Source: Octopus sinensis
Taxonomy: Eukaryota
Length of the DNA stretch: 64,000 nt
Direction of reading: 5' to 3'
NCBI RefSeq assembly: GCF_006345805.1
Contig: NC_043003.1
Coordinates: 93,372,001 to 93,436,000, forward strand
In this document: positions 52,161 through 64,000 of the stretch, piece by piece
How positions within the stretch are numbered: position 1 is the stretch's first letter
Layout of the letters: every line of letters begins with the position of its first letter
Notes under the pieces: model-generated
What the model saw: only the letters and a program-made list of their open reading frames with translations
What the model was told of the DNA's origin: nothing
Databases searched by the model: none
Translations under genes and position numbers: made by a program

Positions 52161-54218
52161 AATATATGTAACAATTACTAACAGTACTAAAAGAAAGCGA
52201 TTATTAAAGGGTTGACTGTCTGGAATATTTTTATAAATACATATTCTAAGAAATTTCCCATAATTTCGATTTCTCAAGTTTATTCAATTTTTTAACTCCA
52301 ATTTAAATTTCTCGCAAATTTAAATATTCATTGCGTCCAATCATCACAAATTTAAATATTCACTGCATTCATTGCGGAGTATTCCATTTTCATTTGCAAA
52401 ATCTCTCACTTTCTTTATTAAGTTTTAATTTGCTATTTGGAAAACCGACAGTTTATTCTATTAAAGTATACGTAATGTAAAAACTTTATTTATTGAATGA
52501 AACTTTTGAACGCGGGATAGCTGTGAGAAGAGCCTAGAAAGCTGGTAATTACTATTAGAAGATGAGGAGAAAAAAAATTTACCGACAAGTACTCGAAACT
52601 TGCACCTTATTCAGTTTCCAAACACTCTGTACCACTGAACCAGTATATACACAAACAATTTGCACGAGCGACTTCAACAACACACACACACACACACACA
52701 CACACACCAATACACACTTGCGCGCACACATAGATATACATGCACATAAATAAAAGGCAATGAATGTGGGTGTGTGTATGTGTGCGTGCGTGCATGTGCG
52801 CGCGTGTGCTGTTCACTGACAAAACTTCGTGCTGCATAACTTTTGTGAAGTTTTGTCAGTGAACAGGTCGCAGTTTTAAAGCAACGAAAATATTTTGACA
52901 CAAATGAAATTTTAATGTTGAAGTAAGCGAAACCAACGGTTTTTGTGTGTTCTTGAATGGCTTACAAACATCTTCCGCGCTACAATTGTTTTTGTTTCAG
53001 CACACGATCTCAAATCAAGTCACTTGCTATGCAAGTACATCTCCGTAATTTTTTTAAATCACTGTAGATAAATGCCAGCAATGACCGATATTTTAATTTC
53101 TAAACAGAAGCACTCGGGGGCAGGGAGTAAGGTTGCAAAAAATTCACAATTTCTCAAATTTTTTTCATAGCATATAAATGCATTTATGGGAGAAAAATTT
53201 TCAAAAGCATTAATACATGCGAGAGTGATAAAGAAACGAGGTGGGTTGTCTTTGGATGTGCTAGAAACAACAACCAAATCGTCCTTAAACACTCACTTTT
53301 CCCTCTGAAAATATTAACAATTTTCTATTATTTTATTCTTACCAAAAATGCCCTTACCAAATGCCTTTAAAGTGCAAAAGAAAAAAGAAAACTTGGCCAG
53401 AATAGATCCGGAGTGGGATGATGAGGAAGCGGGGTGTTAGAAAGAGTTTTCAAAGCTTTTTCATACAAAGATGCCCTCCCCCAACTCCACCATTTCGAAG
53501 GTTGTGGTTTAAAAAGATGGAAAAAATCCCCGAAAAAATTTTCTCCACAAATTTCTTTATAATCGTAATTTATGACAATTGAAAAGAATTTGTATAAATT
53601 TTCATTAAAAGATATCCATCTTCCTGAAAGTTTTGACGGAAAAATGCCAGATCGTGTGAATTTTCCGAAATTCGTCTCTCTCTCTAGCTCTTCGGAAAAA
53701 TTCTTTCTCATAACTCCCTATATACTCTGAAGCCACAACATCTAAGGGGTATTTGTAGAAAATTTTGTTAAAAAGTATCCATTTTCCTGGATGCTATGAG
53801 GCAACAAATTCGGTGGAATATACATCTGTAGTAATGCCCTTTTATTTATACGAATTTTTCATTTCATGTTTCATTCACTGTTTGCAATATTCCCTCTCCC
53901 CCTCTCTCTTACACACACATACACTGCAAAGCTTACAAATGGGCAGCTGAATTGAAATCTCTATATTGCTTTGAGGGGAAGGTAATTCTTGACAAACTGC
54001 CTCTCCCTCTGTTGTTGGACTACCGTGATGTTTGTTTAAAAGAGAGATTATGCTTAGTAAATATTGCTTTCATTATTTTATCACATAAAATAATGAAAGC
54101 AATAAAATAATGAAAGCAATATTTACTAAGCAAGTGAGCACTATTATACAAAGAAATAATTAGACGTAAAATATAAAAGTTATTAGAATTGGGAATCAAA
54201 TATGAAAATATTATCTAG

Positions 54219-54390
54219 GAGCGTAGGAGTGGCTGTTCGGTGAGAAGCTTGCTTACCAACCAGATGGTTCCGGGTTCAGTCCCACTGCTTGGCACCTTGC
54301 GCAAGTATCTTCTGTTATAGCCTCGGGCCGACCAAATTTTGTGAGTGGATTTGGTATACAGAAACTGAAAGAGACCTGTCGTATATATAT
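54219..54390 (+). mobile_element. SINE family A head
   Basis: ggagcgtaggagtggctgttcggtgag...gaaactgaaag. Confidence 0.8.
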
Positions 54391-54434
54391 GTAGAGTTGT
54401 ATATATATATTCAGAGTTGAATATTTACATTAGA

Positions 54435-54492
<58 letters not shown>

Positions 54493-54927
54493 TTATTATC
54501 GAAGTCAATACAAATAGTCCATAATAATAACAATATTAATATAGTTGGTTGCTGGCCTATATTAGCGTTATATAGCTATAAAATTAAAATCATATTAATC
54601 AAAGGACACACTGAAGTGTCTACCCGCTAGAAATAAGAGGTAAAATCATTTGGGCCACCCAAAAATTACAGCAGCTTTCAACGTTTCTAAGGGTAAAGTA
54701 TGCTGAGTAAGGTAAGAACTTTGTGTCAAACCAGAAACCGGTTTACATGTATACTTATTCCATTAAATATTTAGCTTTATGCTACAATGGTATGTGAGAG
54801 ATATTTTCGGTTCGTCGCCCGAATACTGTTGTATCTGCTACTTTCAGTGTAATTTTTGATGGTCCAAATGAGAATTTTAACTCTTATTTCTAGCGGATAT
54901 ACACTTTAGTGTGTCCTTTGATTAATA

Positions 54928-54977
<50 letters not shown>

Positions 54978-55009
54978 TACATATTATGTATTGTGTGTGT
55001 GTGTGTGTG

Positions 55010-55222
55010 TATGCATGCGTGTGTGTCTGTGTTTGTCCCCGCACCATTGCTTGACAACCGATGTTTGTGTGTTTACGTCCCCGTAACTAAGCGGTGCGAC
55101 AAAAGGATAGATAGAATAAGTACTTGGTTTACAAAAATAAGTCCTGGATCGAGTTGTTCGACGAAAGGCGGTGCTCCAGCATAGCCGCAGCCAATGACTG
55201 AAACAAATAAAAGAATAAAAGA
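55010..55222 (+). mobile_element. SINE family A tail
   Basis: tgtttgtccccgcaccattgcttgacaaccg...gactgaaacaaataaaag. Confidence 0.8.
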
Positions 55223-55797
55223 ATATATATATATATATATTATATATATATATATATAATATAATATATATATTATATATATATATATATTATATATATA
55301 TATAATATATACATATATATATATGAATAAATGAAAGAATGGAGTCGAACGAAGATGTTAACAAAATTCCTTTACTCTCGACACATGTTTCGAAGACAGC
55401 ATATTTTCATTCCAAAGGAATAAAGAGTGCATTATGCAATCTTCTCATCAGGAAAGAAAGGGAGCCTCTCTCGACAACAAGGCAAACAAAAATTTCGATG
55501 ATTGCCTACATGATAAACAAAGCGATAATGAGTGTTTTTTTTTAAAAATCCGTTAGAAGAATTGACGTCAAAAATAGATAGTAGGAGGAAGAGAAGTGAT
55601 AAAGTAATAATAGGTGGGGAAGAGTATGTTTGCTGTATGTATGGAAATGTGTGGGTGTGTGCTTGTGTTAATGAGTGCGTGTGTTTGTGTGTGTGTATGT
55701 GTGTGTGTATAACTGCATTTGTGTCTGTGTGTGTGATTGTGCGTGAGAGAGAGAGACAGACGTCAAAGATAGATAGTAGGAAGGGAAGAATATTTAA

Positions 55798-56321
55798 ATC
55801 TAATTTTTCACCCTCATTTATGAATTTATAAATTTAATGATACTGCAGTAAATATTATATGCAGTATTAGTTTCCACTAAGTCTTACCATGCTTTTGGCG
55901 GGGAATCTGAATCCCAACTATGTATGCAATCGATAAAACCGCATGGGTATTTGACACTCGTGAGGGTCTAATAAATTGTATCGAAGACAAACTGCCGCTG
56001 ATGATTTATAGATAAATATGTGAGTATAACTGCATATTATATTAATAATGAAACAATTGTTCGGCGTTAATCTATTTTTTCGTTGTATTTCACTTTCCTT
56101 ACGTTGAATGTAATGTTATTTCTTACTGGAAACAAACTTTTGGTGGCTATACCAGAAAAAGGAGCTATTTTTAGCACTAGAGTTAACCACTTAGCGGTAA
56201 CTCTCTTATATTTAAGTATAAATTTGTATTGTCTCCCTGTTTTTTTATGTGCTAAGCCACTTGGTGTTAAACTGATGGTATTATTAAATTAATATCTAAT
56301 TTTTCACCCTCATTTATGAAT
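55798..56321 (+). mobile_element. Penelope-like unit with 28 bp terminal direct repeat and HHR
   Basis: atctaatttttcaccctcatttatgaat at 55798 and 56294; ends in (AT)n. Confidence 0.6.
55991..56068 (+). ncRNA. Minimal type I hammerhead motif
   Basis: gccg-CTGATGA(55998-56004)-long stem II-GAAA(56050-56053)-CAATTG-TT-cggc; palindromic stem III, GUU triplet. Confidence 0.65.
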
Positions 56322-56333
56322 ATATATATATAT

Positions 56334-56436
<103 letters not shown>

Positions 56437-57046
56437 TGTATATAGATGTAGTTTCAAAACTTTCGAATTGTCTTCGAACTTTCAAAGGATTATGTTCTGA
56501 ACTTATAAAGTCAACAAAATTTATCTTTTTTTCCTGTAATTTTTATCTGTACTGTAAATAAGCCAACAGTCAACAATACCCTAGTTGTCTAATAATTGCA
56601 AGTCCATTCATTAATGATCTTACGTATTGGTCAACTAATATCACTATCGATATGCTTCTGGAGTGAATTGGAAGAGTCATTAGCGTGTCGGATAGAATGC
56701 TTCGAATAATTTATTCTGTCTGTGCTTTGAGCTCAGATCCCACCGTGGTCAAATTTTGTTTTTCATTCTTTCAGGGTCGATAATGAAAAAGTTCTAATCC
56801 AGGGCGTAGGATTGACTACTGAATGGAAAACCCACCAAAGCCATACTTACTACTTCTTTACTTAAGCTTTTCCCTTCCGAAAGAACACGGGCCACCGACG
56901 GCTTTTCTTCGTTGTTCTCGATTATGGTCTGTCTCGTCCACTTCTCTGTATTTGGATCCCTGCTTTTCCAGCCCTCTTTTGGACTTATAGGTTCTCAGCT
57001 GATAAAAGAGCCGCTCTCAAAGCTTGCTGGTTTTTACTTGTCATCG

Positions 57047-57365
57047 ATGTTTCTGTGATGCTGCTTATTTCCAGGTGACAGACTTATATGAACCACCTCT
57101 TTCCGTATTAATCTGGTCTCTATAGTTTGATCTGTTCATCATGTTTCTGTGACATTGCTTATTTCCTGGTGGCAAATTTATATGGACCACCTCATTCTTC
57201 TGAAATGAGGTAGTCCGTATTAATTCGGCCTCTGTAGTTTGATTTGATCACTATTTTTCTGTGACATTGCTTACTTCCAGGTGATAGATTTATATGAACC
57301 ACCTATTTCTTCTGGAAAGAGGTGGTCCGTATAAATCTGGCTTCTGTAGTTTGATCTGTTCTATC
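57047..57365. repeat. Three-unit tandem repeat (94-112 bp) with internal hairpins
   Basis: Units start at 57047, 57141 and 57253. Confidence 0.85.
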
Positions 57366-58006
57366 AGGGGTTTGCATTCCGCTTGTATAGCTCTCAGGGT
57401 CAATGCCGTATATAAGCCACTACACCGCAGCAAGGACTAGAACTTGTGGTGGCCTCCTTAGAATTTAATCTCTCGTTCGATTTGACACCTCTTCCTGGTA
57501 CCTTGGGTGCATTTAGCGGGAATGTTCACTCACTCTATTACAAGCATTCGGGCCAGATCTCAAGTTTGAGGGTATCTGCCTTCCTTAAAAATTCAATTCA
57601 TACCTCCCTTGTTCATCTAATTTTAACGTGCATTTCCTCTTACAAAGATTGATGGAATTTTGAACTTAGAATAGTAAAAGAAGCAAAGACCACGATGTAT
57701 TTTATCCAACTCTCTACCGATTCTGGTATCCTAATTTTTATCGATATTATCTATCGGGGTTGATGAAATAAATACCAGTCAAATAGCGAGGTCGATGTAA
57801 TCGACTGTATCTCTTCCCCCAAATTTCAGACCTCGTGGAGAGGATTATTATTCATTTAATGATTTGTACCCTGTATGCTTAATTATTCTAAACGTTTGAG
57901 CAAGAGTATATTGGCCCCTGTATTGTGTATAGTTTAATAGGATCTGCCTTCATTCCTGATTGAAAGTAAGAAAAAAAAAACACTGATGAATTTAGGAATT
58001 ATATAT

Positions 58007-58231
58007 TTCTTTACTGCTCACAAGGGGCTAAACATAGAGGGGACAAACAAGGACAGACAAACTGATTAAGTCGATTACATCGACCCCAGTGCGAAACTGA
58101 TACTTTATTTATCGACCCCGAAAGGATGAAAGGCAAAGTCGACCTCGGCGGAATTTGAATGTAACGACAGATGAAATACCGCTAAGCATTTCGCCCGGCG
58201 CGCTAACGTTTCTGCCAGCTCGCCGCCTTAT
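58007..58231 (-). mobile_element. SINE family B, monomeric
   Basis: Reverse complement of the complete family B sequence. Confidence 0.9.
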
Positions 58232-58911
58232 TTAGGAATTATACTTTGCATGTATCCTTCAGAGAGTCATACTTGCATATTACTTCTTCATAATTTTAAT
58301 AGATTATGCAATGCGCTTATATCTATTATAAGAAAACGGCTGAAGTAAATTGATGATGAGAACGGTACATCGTAGCTGTAAAGAATTGTTTAGTGTCTGA
58401 AAGTGAACGTGGTGCCAAATTACAAAACTTGTCGAAGATGTGGGAAATGAAATTTCTGGCTTTGAAACTATTCTCGAAAATCATCATCACTGTATAAATA
58501 ACAAATTCTGCATGACACTTGCTACTGTATATTTCAATATATTTTTATCTCTACAATATAACTGTCTCGTGTACGGAAAAGTGACATTTTAATGGCCCTT
58601 TTTAGTGAATAATAGTTACTAAAGAGAGACTTGGTTAGCCATTTACAGTCACGGATATTACTCTCTTTCGGGTTTTGCTTTTTACCTATTCACATAGTGT
58701 ATGGATATAGACACATGCAAGCATGCATGCAAACATAGGTACCAACGCATACATACGTACGTACATACATACATAAGAAGATATATGTGTACGTCTGTGT
58801 TTGTGTAGGTATATATATGCTTACAAGCATAGAAACACACACATATATATACATACATGCATACATACAAACATGCATACATATATACATATATATATAT
58901 ATACATACGCG

Positions 58912-58989
<78 letters not shown>

Positions 58990-59471
58990 CTTACGTATAC
59001 ACACATACATATACACATGTATATATACATACACTTGTATGTATTATGCGTAAGTACTCTTAAACGTAACATATTCTCAATAATATCAATGTGAATGTTT
59101 AGAACTTCAGTGTGGTCTAGCCATCTGGTAATAACAGTCTCGCAACCGACCAAATAACAGAATATATACATATACTATTTTGTCATATTTATTTATCTGT
59201 CTTCTTGGTTAAGTTTAATGAAACATGAGAAAGATTTGCTGTTACTGCTGTATTTTTCCCATCCATTTTTCTCCACTGTTAACTATCTTCCATCTAATAT
59301 TTTCCTCGTGATTCTATCAGACTATCTTCGTTTCTAACTTTTTTTTTTGCTAACATTTGTTTAGTTTTTTGCCTTCTTGGGTTGTACTGATTCTGGAGCC
59401 TTGCCTTCTAAGTGTATTCGATTACCTAGATTCTTATGTTTCTTTTATTGACTGTTACTGAATGTTTGTAG

Positions 59472-59507
59472 ATTTCAGAAAGACTGAATACAGAGTGGAC
59501 CAAGGAC
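59472..59507 (+). CDS. Candidate 36 nt micro-exon (FRKTEYRVDQG or ISERLNTEWTKD)
   Basis: tgtttgtag acceptor after a pyrimidine-rich tract, gtgagc donor, symmetric length. Confidence 0.3.
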
Positions 59508-60333
59508 GTGAGCATTTTGAAAGTGAAAAAAAATCAAAGACCACAATGTATTTTTTTGCTCGATGCTCCACCGTTTCTACCGATTCTAGCATCCTTGTTT
59601 TTATGTATATTATCAATCAGAAAGAGAGTCTCTGTATACTGGCGTATTTGGTAGATATATGCTTGTGTATTCTAAATGTGAGCGCATGCATATGTTGACC
59701 CCTGTCTATTCTGTGTTTTGAGATAAATTATTGCTTAACTTCCGGTCAATTCTAATCAAGAAAACTTATGACGGACGGAATTTCAGGCGCGACTATCCCA
59801 TCATTTAGTAGTCTCTACGAACATACGAATTAGTATCAATTTCATCATCATACGTGTAATATTTTGGTTATAGAGGAACTGTTAAACGATGTCTTCGTGT
59901 TGCATATTTCAAGTAAATCAGTTTGGCAGAGCCCTTCACTCACCGAGTTATTTTTACGTGAGTAGGTGAGTAGTTGATCTCAGAACACAACCTTAGCAAA
60001 ACCATTTTACCGATTTTTCTCTAAAACTATTGCTGTTGCTGTTGTTGCTTAGGATGGCAATTGCCTTTGGCTTGAGTTACAAATTAAGTTGTGCGCTCAT
60101 TAATGGAGGCGATACAGTACCACTGCCAAGATCCTAAATGCTGATCTTTCAGATTCTTTATCCATTCAACCATTCAATGTTTCTAGTAGTGATACCAATC
60201 AAGGTTATGAACATGCACCAACTCATTAGTACAGAGGCAGACATTGGTAGACACGGTATCATTTCGTGACACCAACCAAAGCTAACAACATACCCACTCC
60301 TAGTGTAACGTTAGTTTTAATGAAGCTTTAAAG

Positions 60334-60679
60334 CAGTGGTTTTCTACCGGGTTCCTTGTGGCCCTTGAAGGTCCATATAAGATTTTTGGGAGGTCCACAC
60401 ATCAAAATAAATTAGGGATCCACAATTGTATTGTAAAGACTCCTGAAATAAATTGGCTTTAGATGTATGTATTGGAATACGTTGCTAGAAACAGCTAAGT
60501 TACTTTCTCTAACACTTTACATAGTTCAACCTACACAAGTTAATGTGTGAAACACTAAATAGGTATTTTGAAAGAAGTTTCTATAAAACTAGTTTTTAAA
60601 CATCGAACGGCTATGGGGGTCCACTAGAATAAAATGGCAATCAAAGGGTCGATAGGTAAAAAATGGTTGAAAATCCCTG
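60334..60679. mobile_element. hAT (Charlie-like) MITE with 8 bp TSD
   Basis: cagtggttttc...gaaaatccctg flanked by ctttaaag on both sides (60326-60333, 60680-60687). Confidence 0.9.
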
Positions 60680-62064
60680 CTTTAAAGTTTCAACCTACGT
60701 TCTTGCTTTGGCTGTGTTGTACGTTCTGTTGTGCGCAATAACATGCCTGCCATCTTAATGTTTGTTAACTTCAACCAGCTGGTCTAAGAGCTGCCTACGT
60801 AGCAGCGCTCTCAGAAAATCCCGATCAAACAATAGTTGGTTGTCAAAGTAGGTGTCGAGAAGGTGCCAAAGATACAGAAGATTTTTGGCATATGTCAGGG
60901 TGTCAATAGAATTCTATCTGGATTTTTATGAAATGATAATAATAAAAATAAAAATAATAGCAACAACACGAAAGAAAATGACCATGGTGGTGGTGGTGGT
61001 GGTGTTGGTGGTGGTGATAATGGTGGGGATGATGATGATGATAAAAATTGCTCTCGGAATCCCAATGTTTTTCTTCTCTTATACCCTCCACCCCCACAAC
61101 TTATATGTTTGTTTTATTAATTTTTCTTAATTCTGCGTGTGGTGGTGGTGGTAGTGGTAGGACTTTTCGAGAAAAGAACAATAACCAACAGCAGCAACAG
61201 CAGCAGCACCACTACCACCACCACCAAAACTATCACCACCACCGACACCAACCATAACAACAATAAGGGTAACAATAAAAGTAATAAGTTAAATAAAAGA
61301 ACATAAAAACACCCATCTACATTGACTGCAACAACAAGAGCAAGAACAACAGTAATATAGATAAGGCTACCACAGGGATAAACAAAAGCGAAGAGACAAC
61401 GAAAGCAAGGGTAACAATAACAAACAAGCTACTATGACAACAATAATTACAGCAGCAATTACAATATTAACATTATTAACAACAACAATAACAACAACAG
61501 TAACGCTAGCAATAACAATAAGAACATCAACAGTCGAATGAAAGAATTAAAAGTGAATGTAAAAATCAGAATTTGAGATAGAGAGAAGGAGAGGAATTGA
61601 TGAGGAGAAAGAGAGACAGAGAAAGAAATATGGACGGTACGATGATGATGATGATGATGGCGATGGTGGTGTTGGTGGTACTGGTGGTAGTGGTGGTAGC
61701 AGAAGTAGTGGTGGCGATGATGACGAAGATGATAATGGCGACAACGATTATAACGACATTGCTGATTACGACGACGACAACGACGATGATGATGATGATT
61801 ATGAAGACGATGATGAAGATGGCGATGACAATGAGAAGGAAGAGTGTAGGATTGCTAGAGAAAGCCGAAGCGAGTGATGACTACAGCAACGGTAACAACT
61901 ATGAATTTTAGAGGCAGAAGATGGAAATCAGGAGGTAAGGAGAAAGTCGACCATATTTCGTAAGAAAAAAAAACACACACACAGAAAAAAAGAAAAGTAA
62001 AATATAAAAAAAGATCTTCCATAATCCTTAATGAAATCAATAACAAGAGGATACAATTACACGA

Positions 62065-62111
<47 letters not shown>

Positions 62112-62352
62112 GGAGCAACGCCATGGAGGATTTAGTCGAACAAATTGACCCTAGTACTTATGTTTTAAAAAACTTTTTAAAACCTAATAATTATACTAAA
62201 GTGCTCTTTTGCCGAACTTTTAAGTTACTTTGACGTAATCAAGCCTTCACCAGTTGTCAAACGGTTGTGGAGGACAAATACAACCACAAAAATACGCACA
62301 TATATCCATACATGTACACACACACACACACACGCACACACACACACAAACA

Positions 62353-62393
<41 letters not shown>

Positions 62394-62658
62394 GCACACA
62401 CACATATACACACACGTTTAGGAATTTCTTTTGCAAGTTTTCTGAACTAAACAGACCAGGAGGATACACGTGGGATGGTAGAGTCGCTTAACAGGTCACA
62501 GATGTGTGACGAAAGATTTCTGGACAATGGGCATAAAATACAATACGAACAATGATAAAAGAGGGAAAAATGAATAGATAGTGCGTGTGATTATTTGGCA
62601 AGAGAAAATGACCATCCCGAATATAACAACACACACAATATATATACATAAATGTATA

Positions 62659-62743
<85 letters not shown>

Positions 62744-62806
62744 ATATAGTATATATACTACACAGACACACATACACATATATATACATACATATATATA
62801 TATATA

Positions 62807-64000
62807 TTGGATCATCCCATAAATAATGCAGTTTTCTTCAATGGCGTGAACTAAATGACGGAGCGGTATGTGATAAACTACCTGCATCAACATACTATAA
62901 AAGCAGGTAATGATTTTACTTTGTGCTTGTTCTTAGTGTAAGTTTTGAAGAGTGCAGTGCAATTTCAACAGTTATTTTTTTAAAACTGTAATAGAATTTA
63001 CAAAGGAGCATATTCGGCATATTTTTCTATATGAGTTCAATAAAGGCAACATCGCAACGGAAAGTGCGACGAATATTAATGCAGTATATGGGGATCGGAC
63101 AATAAGCGTAAGCCAGTGTCAATAGTTCGAGAAATTTCGAGCCGGAAATTTCAGCCTAGAAGACGAACATCGTTCTTAAAGATCTGTAGAGCTCGATGAG
63201 GACGTCCTGCAAACCCTATTGGAACAAGATCTCATCGTAACTGCTGAGGAACTAGCAGAGAAATTTGGATTTGGTCATTCAACCATTCATCGACACCTGC
63301 GTACCATCGGAAAAGTCAGCAAACTGGGTCAATGGGTTCCTCACAAACTTTTCGAGTCTAATCGCGCGCAGAGAGTGAATGTGTTCTCTTCTTTTCTGTC
63401 ATGCCTTACAAATGAACCTTTTTTGGACCGAATAGTGACTATTGACAAGAAATGGGCTCTCTATAAAAATGTCATGGGCCGAAGACAGTGGGTTAGGAAA
63501 GGAGAAACACCGGCACCACAGGCTAAAGAAAGTCTTCACCCACGTAAGGTGTTGTTGTCTGTTTGGTGGGATATGAAAGTTTCAGTCCATTCTGAACCTT
63601 TAAACCCAAATCAAACGACAACAAAGGAGATCTACTGCGAGCAGCTTGAGAGGATAAATCAGTGCTAGAAGGAAAACGACCGTCTTTGGCTTCAAGACGA
63701 AAGGTGTTCATCCATCAGGATAATGTCCGGCCACATACAACGAGGATGACATCCCAAAGGCTGGAACAGTTTGAATGGGAAACGATGTCCCATCGACCAT
63801 ATTCGCCGGACATTGCACCATCTGATTATCATTTATTCCGCGGTATTCAAGATCACTTGGATGGAAAAAGTATGAACTCTGTAGACGAGGTCAGAACAGT
63901 ACTGTAGGAGTATTTTTCGTCACGGACAAGAGAATTTTGGAAGAGGGGCCTGGCATTTCAGGGGGATGGAAGAGCATTGTAGAAAATGAAGGAAAGTATA
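62807..64000 (+). mobile_element. Decayed mariner running off the window end
   Basis: TA plus TIR ttggatcatcccataaataatgc; GQWVPHKL, VTIDKKW, IHQDNVRPH and YSPDIAPSDYHLF motifs; stops and frameshifts. Confidence 0.95.

Overview
AT-rich, repeat-saturated animal genomic DNA with no intact long ORF. The SINE and microsatellite landscape looks like an octopus/cephalopod genome (inference from recalled repeat sequences, not from a search). Most ORFs in the supplied track are microsatellite or transposon artefacts. Supported content: five decayed mariner copies and one Tc1 copy, non-autonomous Helitrons, hAT-type MITEs, CR1/L2, RTE, Tx1/L1 and R4-like LINE fragments, three tRNA-derived SINE families and many microsatellites. 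The most notable signal is a set of type I hammerhead ribozyme (HHR) motifs at five loci, plus two degenerate ones. Most lie in Penelope-like non-coding units that form large fold-back palindromes or terminally repeated units next to (AT)n tracts, and three different HHRs share an atypical U-U apposition at the base of stem II. Also seen: head-to-tail SINE arrays with one fixed junction, a tandem array of pre-miRNA-sized hairpins, and a speculative chain of phase-compatible micro-exons on the + strand.
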